Shown: positions 1 through 10,299 of the stretch, piece after piece
Layout: each line of letters starts with the position of its first letter
How positions within the stretch are numbered: the first letter of the stretch is position 1
Translations under genes and position numbers: made by a program
NCBI GenBank assembly: GCA_030603385.1
Contig: JAUVXW010000017.1
Location: forward strand, 8,448-72,447
Source: Promethearchaeota archaeon
GTDB taxonomy: Archaea; Asgardarchaeota; Lokiarchaeia; Sigyniarchaeales; SOKP01
DNA: 64,000 nucleotides
Direction of reading: 5' to 3'
Notes under the pieces: model-generated
Seen by the model: only the letters and a program-made list of their open reading frames with translations
Told to the model about the DNA's origin: nothing
Database searches by the model: none

Positions 1-429
1 TATATATCTGAGATATATAATTTGAATATAATATATAGAGGTATTAAGATCAATATTGACAGGAATTTACTTTCACAGTTCCTTGTTAACAATTATATGT
101 TCTTGAATCAAGGATCTCTAAATGATCTATTAAATCTAACTAGTATTAATGATTTCATCACACTTTTATCTGAATTTTTAATTAGAAAAAAGGAAATAAG
201 ACCCAATTTACTACGTTCTCCTCTTAAAGGAGAACATTTGATTTGGGAAATTGAAAAGCTATATTTGGATTACTTTTTTAGAACATTTCAAATAAAAATA
301 GATGATATAGCATATCAATCAATTTTCAGGATTATGGAGTTGTTAATTAGAAAAGATAATGAAATTAAAATTCATGTATTACCTAGGGTTGTAGAGATTT
401 TACATGAAAAATATAAGGTGTTAAAATAA
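1..429 (+). CDS. Partial CDS (5' end outside the window), first gene of the A/V-type ATPase cluster; possibly the C-terminal part of subunit C
   Basis: The frame of ORF 22..429 stays open back to nt 1. Its stop overlaps the next start (TAATG, 427-431), so it is translationally coupled to the ATPase genes. The product call is positional only; no motif was recognised. Confidence 0.3.
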   Translation, partial: YISEIYNLNIIYRGIKINIDRNLLSQFLVNNYMFLNQGSLNDLLNLTSINDFITLLSEFLIRKKEIRPNLLRSPLKGEHLIWEIEKLYLDYFFRTFQIKIDDIAYQSIFRIMELLIRKDNEIKIHVLPRVVEILHEKYKVLK

Positions 430-740
430 TGGATCTTTTTGAAAATTTAAAAGACATTGAAAAGGTTTATGAAGATCTAGTAAATAATGCTAAGAATTTA
501 AACTTAAAAGAAATTGAGAAATATAGAGATAATGAACAAAGGACATTTGAGAGATTTATTATCGAGAAGAATGAGCTTGTAAATGAGGTATTGGGAACAC
601 TTGCTAAAGAAGTTAATACAAAAATTAATAATTTTGAAAATAAATTTGATGGAGCAATTAAAAAGATTGAGTTACATTTTCAAAAAAGTATTAGGAATCT
701 ACAGAAAATAATTATAGAAGAGGTAGGGCTAGATTTCTAA
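429..740 (+). CDS. Small coiled-coil protein in the ATPase operon; peripheral-stalk subunit H/G-like
   Basis: 103 aa, charged heptad-like sequence (KEIEKYRDNEQRTFERFIIEKNELVNEV...). Coupled to both neighbours by TAATG overlaps (427-431 and 738-742). Confidence 0.4.
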   Translation: MDLFENLKDIEKVYEDLVNNAKNLNLKEIEKYRDNEQRTFERFIIEKNELVNEVLGTLAKEVNTKINNFENKFDGAIKKIELHFQKSIRNLQKIIIEEVGLDF

Positions 741-1066
741 TGTTCGATAAAGAAGTTCATATTGTTGGGGATGAAGATATTGTTTTAATGTTAGGACTTC
801 TAGGAATAGAGGGTACAATAATTGAAAACCGAGAAGAATTCCTAAAAGTATTTAATAATTTGATAAATCTACCAAAAATAGGAATGATTCTTATAGCATT
901 AAGGTTATCTAATGATATAATTGATTTTCTGTTAGATTTTAAACTAAATAACAAAGAACCATTTATATTTATTCTTCCTGATGTTTTTCAGCCAAATGTA
1001 GAAAGGTTAGATGTCCTTTTAAATAAAATCTCCAATGCAATTAGCGATATAGAGTTGTTAAAATGA
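740..1066 (+). CDS. atpF: A/V-type ATP synthase subunit F
   Basis: 108 aa. N-terminus VHIVGDEDIVLMLGLLGIEG matches the ATP-synt_F signature (iaviGdedtvlgfrLaGi). Position immediately upstream of E/A/B. Confidence 0.7.
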   Translation: MFDKEVHIVGDEDIVLMLGLLGIEGTIIENREEFLKVFNNLINLPKIGMILIALRLSNDIIDFLLDFKLNNKEPFIFILPDVFQPNVERLDVLLNKISNAISDIELLK

Positions 1067-1239
1067 GTTGAGTAAAAATTTCTGAAGAAAAAGAGTTTAA
1101 AAAACAGCTAGGTAATTTAGGCCGTTATTTAATTGAGAAAGCCCAAAATGAAATAAAGGAATTAAATCAAAAAACCCTTTTTCAAAAAGCTGAAATAAAA
1201 AAAAGGTTTTTAGAAAGGAGTGATGATAGAGAGATCAAA

Positions 1240-1806
1240 TTGAAGCAACATTTTATAGATAGTTACTATCAATTTTTAAATCAGTCATTGTCTTTAACTC
1301 TACTGAATGGTAAAGAAAAATTTTTAAATATAAAAAATAATTTAATTAAAAAATTAAATGCATCGTTATTTAAGCTCATAAGAGAAAAAATGGATAATAA
1401 TTATGCTTCATATATAGACTATCTTTTAGATTCAATAAAAAATGTAAAGAAAACCATAGACAGGCCCCAGGAGATAGAATTAATTTTTAACCATAAAGAT
1501 TATAACTATTTTATTAAGAATTTTGATAAAATTGTAGATTTATTTAAGAATCCAATAGAAATTAATGAAGATAAAAGAGACTTCATAGGTGGATTTAAAG
1601 TTTCTCTAGTGGGGGGGGTAATATCTTACGATTATACAATTGACAATCTAATTAATAAAAATTCCTCCTTTATTCAGATGGAAATATCCAAAATCATAAA
1701 TGACTCTGAAATTAAGGAGATTGAAATAGAATTTGAAGAATTTATTAAAAATCATAAAAAATTAATTACAGAATACCTAACTCAGTATGATCAAATCCAA
1801 AACTAA
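1240..1806 (+). CDS. atpE: A/V-type ATP synthase subunit E; the true N-terminus is probably upstream (see finding)
   Basis: Size, operon position and a C-terminal globular part (FIGGFKVSLVGGVISYDYTIDNLI). The same frame is open from 1072 and encodes a typical E-type N-terminal coiled coil (EEKEFKKQLGNLGRYLIEKAQNEIKELNQK...). The 3' end overlaps the atpA start. Confidence 0.6.
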   Translation: MKQHFIDSYYQFLNQSLSLTLLNGKEKFLNIKNNLIKKLNASLFKLIREKMDNNYASYIDYLLDSIKNVKKTIDRPQEIELIFNHKDYNYFIKNFDKIVDLFKNPIEINEDKRDFIGGFKVSLVGGVISYDYTIDNLINKNSSFIQMEISKIINDSEIKEIEIEFEEFIKNHKKLITEYLTQYDQIQN

Positions 1807-3625
1807 CAACAATTCTCAGAAGGGGCATATTTCTGCAATAGTTGGTTCTTTAATTAGAGTAAAAGGATTAGAGAATCAAATACGATTGCATGATTTGATT
1901 AAAGTTAGAAATATGTTGGGAGAAGTTATACAAATTTATTCAGATTATATTGTGGTACAATGCTTTGAAAATACTACTAATTTACGAATTAATGAAAAAG
2001 TTATAAATTTAAATGAACCCTTATCAATGGAGTTAGCACCAGGATTATTAGGAACTATTTTTGATGGAATACAAAGACCGCTTCAAAAAGCTTTCGAAAA
2101 ACATAAAAGTGGGCAATTAACAAGAGGATTAGAAATACCATCGCTGTCAAGAACAAAAAAATGGCATTTTATTCCATTAGAAAGAACTAAAGGTAATGTA
2201 ACAGGAGGAGATGTAATTGGGACTGTCCAAGAAACACAGGCTATACAACATAAAATAATGATTCCACCAAATATTAGTGGTAGGTTAACCTATCTTGCAA
2301 ATGAAGGAGATTATACGATAGAACAAGAATTATACAGATTAGAGATAGGACAGGAAGTAAAATCTTTTTCAATGATGCAAAAATGGCCTATAACAACATC
2401 TAGACCATTTAAAGAAAGAATGCTACCTGGTGAACCGTTAATTACAGGGATACGCGTTATAGATTTATTGTTTCCAATCACTAAAGGGGGCACTATTGGT
2501 GTTCCAGGAGGATTTGGAACTGGTAAGACAGTTATTCAACAGTCATTAGCTAAATGGTGTGATGCAGATGTCTGCATTTTTGTGGCATGTGGTGAAAGAG
2601 GAAATGAGGTTGCTGATGTTTTAAAACAGTTTTCTGAAATTATTGATCCTAAAAGTGGTCAACCCTTATTAAATAGAATCGTTCTTATTGCTAATACTTC
2701 AAATATGCCCGTATCAGCACGAGAGGCAAGTATCTTTTCTGGAGTCACTATTGCTGAATATTATAGAGATATGGGGTATGATGTTGCTGTTCTCGCTGAT
2801 AGTACTTCAAGATGGGCGGAATCTTTAAGAGAAATATCCGGACTATTGGAGGAAATGCCTGCTGAAGAAGGATACCCTGCGTATTTGCCTTCAAAACTTT
2901 CTGGTTTTTATGAACGAGCTGGTATTGTTAAACTTCTTGGGAATGAAGAGATAGGAAAAGAAAGAGTAGGATCTATAGCTATTATTGGTTCAATTAGTCC
3001 ACCTGCTGGTGATTTTAGTGAACCTGTAACAGCAACCACCAAAAATTTTGTACAAGGGATATGGGCTTTGGATGCGGGATTAGCATATTCAAAACATTAT
3101 CCCGCTATAAACTGGTTAGATTCATATTCAAACTACCCTGATTATATCTCTGAATGGTGGTACGAGAGAGATATAAACTGGTCAGAAATTGATGTTGACT
3201 GGTTTGATTGTCGTAATCAAGTCAATGAAATTTTATCTCAAGACAATGAATTAAAATATATTACCCAACTAATTGGTGAAGAAAATTTACCAGATGACCA
3301 ACAATTAACTTTATTTATTGCCAAACTAATTAAAAATGGATTTTTAATTCAAAATGCCTATGATGATATTGATAATTTTACAGATGTCCGAAAACTCTTA
3401 GGTATGATTAAAGTTATTCTTTTATTGTTTAAAGAAAGTAAAGAATTATTAAAACAAGGATTTCTAATCGAAGATATAAAATCACTCTTAGTTATTAATG
3501 ATATTTTAAGAATAAATAGAACAATTTCTAATGATGATTTTGATAAAATTGAGGGTATTAAAAGAAAATTACTCAGTGATATAGAGTCTTTAAAACTAAC
3601 CCAAGGAGTATTAAAAAAAAGATGA
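1787..3625 (+). CDS. atpA: A/V-type ATP synthase catalytic subunit A (copy 1)
   Basis: [18 protein letters not shown]; Walker [10 protein letters not shown]; catalytic ACGERGNEV; Walker B region [17 protein letters not shown]. 612 aa. ATGA overlap with atpB at 3622-3625. Confidence 0.95.
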   Translation: MIKSKTNNNSQKGHISAIVGSLIRVKGLENQIRLHDLIKVRNMLGEVIQIYSDYIVVQCFENTTNLRINEKVINLNEPLSMELAPGLLGTIFDGIQRPLQKAFEKHKSGQLTRGLEIPSLSRTKKWHFIPLERTKGNVTGGDVIGTVQETQAIQHKIMIPPNISGRLTYLANEGDYTIEQELYRLEIGQEVKSFSMMQKWPITTSRPFKERMLPGEPLITGIRVIDLLFPITKGGTIGVPGGFGTGKTVIQQSLAKWCDADVCIFVACGERGNEVADVLKQFSEIIDPKSGQPLLNRIVLIANTSNMPVSAREASIFSGVTIAEYYRDMGYDVAVLADSTSRWAESLREISGLLEEMPAEEGYPAYLPSKLSGFYERAGIVKLLGNEEIGKERVGSIAIIGSISPPAGDFSEPVTATTKNFVQGIWALDAGLAYSKHYPAINWLDSYSNYPDYISEWWYERDINWSEIDVDWFDCRNQVNEILSQDNELKYITQLIGEENLPDDQQLTLFIAKLIKNGFLIQNAYDDIDNFTDVRKLLGMIKVILLLFKESKELLKQGFLIEDIKSLLVINDILRINRTISNDDFDKIEGIKRKLLSDIESLKLTQGVLKKR

Positions 3626-5013
3626 GCGTTATTTACAGAAAAATTCAACAAATAATTGGACCACTTATATTTCTTAAAAACGAGCATAATGCCCAATTTG
3701 GCGAGATAGTTATAATTAGAACAGATGATGAAAAAATTCGCATGGGGCAAATTATAAAAATGAGTGAAGAAATTATAGTGGTAGAAGTATTTGAAGATAC
3801 TGCTGGATTATCTACCGAGAATGCTGAAATTATTTTCACAGAAGATACATTCAAAGTAAAAATATCAAAAGATATGTTCGGTCAAACATTTAATTCTTTA
3901 GGAAAACCAATTGATATTAAAACAAAAGCAGTATTAGATTCAGATCTTTTATCAGATGTTCAAAGAGATATAAGTGGAGTTCCTATTAATCCATTTGCAA
4001 GAGAATATCCTGTAGACATAATTCAAACTGGAATATCAGTAATTGATGGATTATTTACATTAATTAGGGGTCAAAAACTCCCGATATTTAGTGGACAAGG
4101 ATTACCTCACAATAAATTAGCTGCCCAAATTGCTACACAAGCAAAAGTATTAGGAGAGGAACCATTCGTAATAATCTTTTGTGGTATAGGCATCATTCAT
4201 GACGAGGCAATTTATTTTTTAAATCGTTTTCAAGAAAGTGGATCTATTCAAAATATAATTTCTTTTATAAATTTTGCAGATGACCCGATAATCGAAAGGT
4301 TAATTATCCCAAGAGTTGCTTTAACAACAGCAGAATATTTTGCGTTTGAAAAAGATATGCACGTTCTTGTCATATTGATAGACATGACTAACTATGCTGA
4401 AGCTTTAAGAGAACTCAGTTCAGCAAAAGAAGAAATCCCTAGTAGAAAAGGATATCCGGGATATATTTATTCCGATTTTGCTTCAATTTATGAGAGGACA
4501 GGAAAAATTAAAGGAAAAAAGGGCACAATAACTCAAATCCCGATTCTTACTATGCCATCAGATGATATATCACACCCAATTAGCGACACTACCGGTTATA
4601 TAACTGAGGGGCAATTAGTACTTAGCCGTGGTCTACATAAAAAAGGCATTTATCCTCCATTTGAAGTATTAGCCTCCATTTCACGATTAATGAAAGATGC
4701 TATAGGTAAAGAAAAAACAAGAGAAGATCATGCTGATGTTAGCTCACAATTATTATCAGCATATTCAAATTATCTCGAAGTTAAAGATCTTATTTCAATC
4801 GTTGGAGAAGATGGCTTAAGTTATGAACAGAAGAATTTTTTAAAATTTGGAGTAGACTTTGAACAAAAATTTTTAAATCAAAAAGTAAATGAAAATCGTG
4901 ATTTTGAAACTACACTTAATTTAGCTTGGGAAGTGCTTTCAAATTTAAATACAGATCAATTATTTAGAATTCATCAAAGATTTTTAGATAAATATTATAA
5001 AACCAAGGTGTAA
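3622..5013 (+). CDS. atpB: A/V-type ATP synthase subunit B
   Basis: 463 aa. [56 protein letters not shown] and [25 protein letters not shown] are typical non-catalytic B-subunit blocks. Confidence 0.95.
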   Translation: MSVIYRKIQQIIGPLIFLKNEHNAQFGEIVIIRTDDEKIRMGQIIKMSEEIIVVEVFEDTAGLSTENAEIIFTEDTFKVKISKDMFGQTFNSLGKPIDIKTKAVLDSDLLSDVQRDISGVPINPFAREYPVDIIQTGISVIDGLFTLIRGQKLPIFSGQGLPHNKLAAQIATQAKVLGEEPFVIIFCGIGIIHDEAIYFLNRFQESGSIQNIISFINFADDPIIERLIIPRVALTTAEYFAFEKDMHVLVILIDMTNYAEALRELSSAKEEIPSRKGYPGYIYSDFASIYERTGKIKGKKGTITQIPILTMPSDDISHPISDTTGYITEGQLVLSRGLHKKGIYPPFEVLASISRLMKDAIGKEKTREDHADVSSQLLSAYSNYLEVKDLISIVGEDGLSYEQKNFLKFGVDFEQKFLNQKVNENRDFETTLNLAWEVLSNLNTDQLFRIHQRFLDKYYKTKV

Positions 5014-5052
5014 GTTATCAGTTTTCGTGCTATAAAACCCACAAAATCAAAT

Positions 5053-5664
5053 TTGATAGGATTACAAAAGAGATTAGTTTTTGCTGTTAGAGGAGAAACT
5101 TTTTTAGAATATAGACGAGAACAATTAGTCTTTCAAATTAAACGATTATGGAAAGAATATTTAGAAATAAGAAGCAATTTTATTGCTTTATTTAAACAAT
5201 CACTTATAAAATTAAATCAAACTTATGAAGAAATGGGTAAAAACGGGGTTATTTTAATTAGTAAATTAAGCAGAATTCAATATAGACCTATGGTAGACAT
5301 ACAATATCAAAAGAAAGCAGGAATTGTTGTTCCCCGCATTAATTTTGAATTATTTCAAGAGGAAAAACTGCCTGCTTATACATTTGAGGGTACAAGTCAT
5401 TTTCTTGATGATTTAATTATCTTATTGAAAGGATTTTTTAAAGCAACGATTGAATTTTCTGAAATTGAAGATTTAATATTGAAACATGCTATTAGCTTTA
5501 AAAAGGTAAATCGTAGGATAAATGGACTAAAAAATATGATTATTCCAAAATTAAGGATGAATATAAAACAAATTAGAGAAATTTTGGAAGAAATTGAGAG
5601 AGAAAACTATGTAAGACTGAAAAAAACTAAAGATTTAATTTTAAGTAAAGAAAAAACCATATGA
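5053..5664 (+). CDS. atpD: A/V-type ATP synthase subunit D (central stalk); the conserved N-terminus extends upstream of the listed TTG
   Basis: Coiled-coil N- and C-termini. The conserved D-subunit block (V/I)KPT(R/K)S.L..LKKRL is encoded as IKPTKSNLIGLQKRL, starting at 5032, upstream of the TTG at 5053. Confidence 0.85.
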   Translation: MIGLQKRLVFAVRGETFLEYRREQLVFQIKRLWKEYLEIRSNFIALFKQSLIKLNQTYEEMGKNGVILISKLSRIQYRPMVDIQYQKKAGIVVPRINFELFQEEKLPAYTFEGTSHFLDDLIILLKGFFKATIEFSEIEDLILKHAISFKKVNRRINGLKNMIIPKLRMNIKQIREILEEIERENYVRLKKTKDLILSKEKTI

Positions 5665-5676
5665 GCATGATAAAAA

Positions 5677-7971
5677 ATGGTCAAAAGAAATGAATTTAGT
5701 TTAATAAAAGCAGAAATAAACCACAATTATAAAGATCAATTCCTAATTGAACTCTCAAATCTAAATGTAGTCCATATAAAACCAAGAGAAGAAAGCAAAA
5801 TTAAGGAAGAATTAGAAGAGAAACATCCTCTAAAGGAAAAAATTAAAGATTTAAGGAAAAATTTAAACAATTTATATAGAAAGCTCGAAATAAGTGAGCT
5901 TGATGTTTTAGAGTTAAAAATTGCTAAGGATGATAGAATAGAGTTTACTGCTAGAGATTTACCAGAATTAATTACCCATATTGTAGAAGAAATCGATTTT
6001 TATACAAATCGAGTAGCTGAGTTAAATAGTTATATTGCTAAAGGTATAATAGAATTAGAAAATCTAAAGTTAATCAAAATTTGCTATAGGCGTATAGAAA
6101 AATTAAATCTGAATGCAGAAAAAATAGATAATTTGAAGCAATTTAAATTTCGAATCTTAACAACTTTTAGTAAAAACTTAACTAATTTAAAAAATCTATT
6201 TGAACCCTCAGAATTTCCTAGTTTTTATGAAACCTTTGAGATTTCTGATGATCGAATTGGCTTCTATATTATTTATCCAAAAGATAAGGAGAATGAGTTT
6301 AATGCGAGGATTCGATTAATACATTCTGAGGAAGTTCTAGTACTTAAAAGATATTTGACAAAAGAAGGAATAAATTTTCTAAGAATAATTAAAGAAATAA
6401 ATTTTATTGAAAATCTGGTTTCACGATATAAAAAAGAACAAACTCGAATAGCAAAAGATAATATGGGAAGGTTCGCAGGGATTAATGAGGTTGTGCAAAA
6501 TATTGAGGAATATAATTGGGCGGAGCATCAATTTGAAAGCACAGTATCTAATCGTTTAAGTTTTAAGTTCTTTCTTCCCTCACGGAAAAAAGAGGAGGTT
6601 GTTCAAAGTTTATTTACAATTTTTAAAGACAATATTACAATTCAATCAATCGATATCTCAAAAAAACACACCATTAAAGAGTCTTTTACCTCAAAAAAAG
6701 GAAAAATAAAAAAATACAAACAAGAACCAACACTAAAAGAAGATTATCTCAAACAAAATGAAACTAGTGAAATGCATAAAGAAGAAGATTTAAGAGAATC
6801 TTCTCCAACAATAATGAAAAACTTCTTTTTGATACGTCCATTCGAAGCAATCACCAGATTATATGGCACACCAACTTATTCTGAAATTGATCCTACTCCG
6901 GTTATTGCTTTTACTTTTCCAATATTATTTGGTTTAATGTTTGGTGATATAGGTCATGGGATAATTTTAATAATCGCGGGATTAATAGGAGGATTAGTGT
7001 TTAGGAAACGGGGAGGAGACACTGCCAATTTTTCATGGATTATCTTTTTCTGTGGATGGGCTGCATTTTTTACCGGATTTTTATACGGAGAATTTTTGGG
7101 ACATCATGAGATAGAAATATTTGGAAATGTATTATGGGATTTTGAAGAAAATCCAATCATAATTCCGATTATAGGATCTTTAAATAATCCATTGGAAAAT
7201 ATAATGAGTGTATTTACTTTTGCGATATATATTGGTGTGTTTCATATTAATTTGGGATGGTTTATTCAATTTCTGAATTATTGGAAACAAAAAAGAAAAT
7301 ATTTGGGATTTAGTGATTCTTTGATGAAAATTCTATTGTTGATTGGAGGAACTATTTTAATTTTTGGATTTGGATTCGATATTTATGGATGGTTATCCCC
7401 CCCTTATCCAATTTTGTTAACTTTAATTCCAGGTGTTTTATTATTACTACTTAAACCTCTCGGAAAAATCTTTAAAATTTCATATCTACAAGAAGAATCT
7501 TTTGGAGGTTTATTGGGTGAAGGTTCAATTGAAGCCTTTGATACTGTTTTATCAGTTGTGACTAATGTAGCCTCATATACTAGGTTATTAGCTTTAGCAC
7601 TCGCTCATATCGCACTTCTCACATCTATCAATGCAATGACAGGATTAATTGAAGGGGAAGGTATAGGAGTAGATATTATAAATTTAATTGGTGTGATTTT
7701 CGGTAATATGATTGTTATTTTACTCGAAGGCTTATTAGTGTTCATTAACACTATCAGATTACATTTTTATGAGTTTTTCTTTAAATTCTACCAGGGTTCA
7801 GGAATTGATTATTTTCCATTTTATTTAGACAATGATTACTCTATACTAAAATTTAGGGCTGAAGCTGAGAAAGACATCATTTCAGAGGAAATTGAGAAAG
7901 AGATTGATACACAATTAGTAAAAGAAGAAATAGATAAAGCTATAAGTTATATCTCAAAGAAATTTGCATAA
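5677..7971 (+). CDS. atpI: A/V-type ATP synthase subunit I (a-subunit, stator/proton channel)
   Basis: 764 aa. Long cytosolic coiled-coil N-half and a multi-TM C-half containing the essential-Arg motif SYTRLLALALAH (compare SYLRLWALSLAH in V-ATPase a subunits). Confidence 0.85.
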   Translation: MVKRNEFSLIKAEINHNYKDQFLIELSNLNVVHIKPREESKIKEELEEKHPLKEKIKDLRKNLNNLYRKLEISELDVLELKIAKDDRIEFTARDLPELITHIVEEIDFYTNRVAELNSYIAKGIIELENLKLIKICYRRIEKLNLNAEKIDNLKQFKFRILTTFSKNLTNLKNLFEPSEFPSFYETFEISDDRIGFYIIYPKDKENEFNARIRLIHSEEVLVLKRYLTKEGINFLRIIKEINFIENLVSRYKKEQTRIAKDNMGRFAGINEVVQNIEEYNWAEHQFESTVSNRLSFKFFLPSRKKEEVVQSLFTIFKDNITIQSIDISKKHTIKESFTSKKGKIKKYKQEPTLKEDYLKQNETSEMHKEEDLRESSPTIMKNFFLIRPFEAITRLYGTPTYSEIDPTPVIAFTFPILFGLMFGDIGHGIILIIAGLIGGLVFRKRGGDTANFSWIIFFCGWAAFFTGFLYGEFLGHHEIEIFGNVLWDFEENPIIIPIIGSLNNPLENIMSVFTFAIYIGVFHINLGWFIQFLNYWKQKRKYLGFSDSLMKILLLIGGTILIFGFGFDIYGWLSPPYPILLTLIPGVLLLLLKPLGKIFKISYLQEESFGGLLGEGSIEAFDTVLSVVTNVASYTRLLALALAHIALLTSINAMTGLIEGEGIGVDIINLIGVIFGNMIVILLEGLLVFINTIRLHFYEFFFKFYQGSGIDYFPFYLDNDYSILKFRAEAEKDIISEEIEKEIDTQLVKEEIDKAISYISKKFA

Positions 7972-8008
7972 ATTAATGATTAATTAATTAACCGAATTAT
8001 GATAAATT

Positions 8009-8446
8009 GTGCCGGAAACTAAAGAAAAAGTATTAAATCGCAAGGTAATTATTGTTCGGTTTCTATTATTAGTCGGTTATTTACTTATTTTACTATATTT
8101 TTTTTATCTTTTAACTAAATTTGGTGCTAATCCTTTTATAACTTTCATTTTACTTCTATTCACATTTTTAATAACTATAGGTCCATTTTTTAGTCGAAGT
8201 AAGAGATCTCTTTATTCTAGAATGTTTCCTGATAGAAAAAGAAGATCGTCGTTTGAAAATGAACAAAAAGAAAAGGTTTTTAAAAATAAGAGAAAATTTG
8301 AGCAAGCTGAACCAAAAATCTTTAAAAAAATTAATCTTGAATTTAATTATCGTAAGCCAATTATATTTAAATGTGAAAATTGTGGTAATACTATACCCAA
8401 TTTTGTGAAAAAATGTCCATTTTGTAATAAACATATAGCTTATTAA
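8009..8446 (+). CDS. Membrane protein (2 TM) with a basic linker and a C-terminal zinc ribbon
   Basis: GTG start. Two hydrophobic helices (VIIVRFLLLVGYLLILLYFFYLL; FITFILLLFTFLITIGPFF). C-terminal CENCGN...CPFCN (CxxC-x11-CxxC). Confidence 0.5.
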   Translation: MPETKEKVLNRKVIIVRFLLLVGYLLILLYFFYLLTKFGANPFITFILLLFTFLITIGPFFSRSKRSLYSRMFPDRKRRSSFENEQKEKVFKNKRKFEQAEPKIFKKINLEFNYRKPIIFKCENCGNTIPNFVKKCPFCNKHIAY

Positions 8447-8470
8447 TATCAATTGAGGATTTTATAAAAC

Positions 8471-10273
8471 ATGAAAGAATTGAGCCAAGGATATATTTCA
8501 GCCATTATAGGTTCTTTAATAAAAGTAAAGGGATTAGAAAATAATGTACGACTTAATGATATGATTAAAATCTCTAAATATAATATTCTAGCAGAAGTTA
8601 TTCAAATTTATGCAGATTACGTCGTCGCTCAGTGTTTCGAAAATACTATGAAGGTAAAATTATATGAAAAAGTTGAAAATCTAAATGAACCGCTTTCGAT
8701 GGAATTGGCCCCTGGTCTAATTGCTAGTGTTTTTGATGGAATTCAAAGGCCTCTGGAAAGAATTTTTGAAAATTTAGATTCCGGAGAATTAGAAAGAGGC
8801 ATAAAATATCCTGCTATATCAAGAAAAAAAAAATGGCATTTTATACCTTTGAGGAAATTAGGTGATGAAGTTAAAGGAGGAGATGTAATAGGATCGGTTA
8901 AAGAAACAGAATACATTGATCATAAAATAATGGTTCCTCCTAATTCTACTGGAATAATTTCGTTCATGGCTAATGAAGGCGATTATACCATAACAGAAGA
9001 AATTTATAAAATAAAAGATAATAATAATGAAATTTCTTTCCCAATGTTACAAAAATGGCCAATCACTAAAAATAGACCTTACACAAAGAAAGAAAATCCG
9101 AATGAACCGTTAATAACAGGAATACGTGTTATAGATTTATTATTTCCAATCGTGAAAGGTGGTACAACAGCTATTCCTGGAGGATTTGGAACTGGTAAGA
9201 CAGTTATTCAACAATCATTAGCTAAATGGTGTAATGCTGATGTGATAGTATTTATTGCATGCGGTGAACCCGGGAATGAGGTTGCAAATGTCTTAAAGCA
9301 ATTCTCAGAAATTAAAGACCCTGAAAGAGGTACTCCTTTATTAGATCATATAATAGTTATTGCTAATACCTCCAATATGCCTGTATCAGCACGAGAAGCC
9401 AGCTTATTTTCTGGAGTGACTATAGCTGAATATTATCGAGATATGGGATATGATGTTGTTGTGTTAGCAGATAGTATATCAAGATGGGCAGAGTCTCTGA
9501 GAGAAATCTCTGGATTATTGGAAGAAATGCCCGCTGAGGAAGGCTATCCGGCATATTTACCCTCTAAACTTTCGAGTTTTTATGAGAGAGCTGGATCGGT
9601 TAAAACATTAGGTGTGGATCATTTAGGTGCGGAGAATAAAGGTTCTTTAACTATTATTGGAACTGTTTCACCACCAGCAGGTGATTTCAGTGAACCAGTT
9701 ACCTCAACAACTAAAAGATTAGTACAAGTTTTTTGGGCTTTGGATCCAAAATTAGCTTATTTAAAACACTTTCCTGCTATAGATTGGCTTAATTCGTATT
9801 CAAACTATCCTGCATATATCGCTGATTGGTGGTACGAAAGAGACATTGATTGGCCTGAAATTAACATTGATTGGGTCCAATGTCGAAAACAAGTGAATGA
9901 TATCTTATCGAAAGAACGGGACTTGAAATATTTAATTCAATTAATAGGGGAAAAGAACTTACCAGAAGATCAACAGTTAATAATCTTTATTACAAAATTA
10001 ATTAAAAACGGGTTTTTAATCCAAAGTGCTTTTGATGAAATTGATAGTTTTACCGATGTTGAAAAACTATTAGGTTTAATTAAATTGATCTTATTAATCT
10101 ACAATAATGGGAAAGATCTTGTTAATCAAGGAATATTACTTGAAGATTTTTTAGATTCTGAGCTTATCAACAAAATCCTGCGAATTAGCCAAACAGTTCC
10201 TAATAATAAATTCAAACAAATTGAAAGAATAAAGAATGAATTGATAAAGAAATTTAGATTGTTGAGTGTGTAG
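8471..10273 (+). CDS. atpA: A/V-type ATPase subunit A paralog (copy 2, orphan) with an altered catalytic motif
   Basis: 600 aa, collinear with copy 1. Walker [10 protein letters not shown] is intact, but ACGEPGNEV replaces ACGERGNEV and LADSISRW replaces LADSTSRW. No cognate B subunit follows it. Confidence 0.9.
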   Translation: MKELSQGYISAIIGSLIKVKGLENNVRLNDMIKISKYNILAEVIQIYADYVVAQCFENTMKVKLYEKVENLNEPLSMELAPGLIASVFDGIQRPLERIFENLDSGELERGIKYPAISRKKKWHFIPLRKLGDEVKGGDVIGSVKETEYIDHKIMVPPNSTGIISFMANEGDYTITEEIYKIKDNNNEISFPMLQKWPITKNRPYTKKENPNEPLITGIRVIDLLFPIVKGGTTAIPGGFGTGKTVIQQSLAKWCNADVIVFIACGEPGNEVANVLKQFSEIKDPERGTPLLDHIIVIANTSNMPVSAREASLFSGVTIAEYYRDMGYDVVVLADSISRWAESLREISGLLEEMPAEEGYPAYLPSKLSSFYERAGSVKTLGVDHLGAENKGSLTIIGTVSPPAGDFSEPVTSTTKRLVQVFWALDPKLAYLKHFPAIDWLNSYSNYPAYIADWWYERDIDWPEINIDWVQCRKQVNDILSKERDLKYLIQLIGEKNLPEDQQLIIFITKLIKNGFLIQSAFDEIDSFTDVEKLLGLIKLILLIYNNGKDLVNQGILLEDFLDSELINKILRISQTVPNNKFKQIERIKNELIKKFRLLSV

Positions 10274-10299
10274 AATACTTTATATATTTTTCAATAAAT

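Noticed and set aside
1069-1071. Selenocysteine as the explanation for the in-frame TGA in atpE
   Set aside because: A structural stalk helix has no redox role, and codon 3 is an implausible Sec site. I also see no obvious SECIS-like stem-loop. It is kept only as one formal option in the finding.
1787-3625. Intein in the ATPase A subunits
   Set aside because: Both copies (612 and 600 aa) have the normal A-subunit length. Walker A through the GERGNE region is contiguous, with no insertion.
3358-3750. 130-aa ORF on the minus strand across the atpA/atpB junction (also 2311..2493 and 3645..3854)
   Set aside because: Antisense to two strongly supported, motif-rich genes. The translation is low-complexity and hydrophobic, typical of shadow ORFs in AT-rich DNA.
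5011-5013. AtpB-AtpD fusion by read-through of the TAA (both genes share one frame)
   Set aside because: B and D are separate subunits with different stoichiometry in all known A/V-ATPases. An SD-like AAGGTG just upstream favours independent initiation instead.
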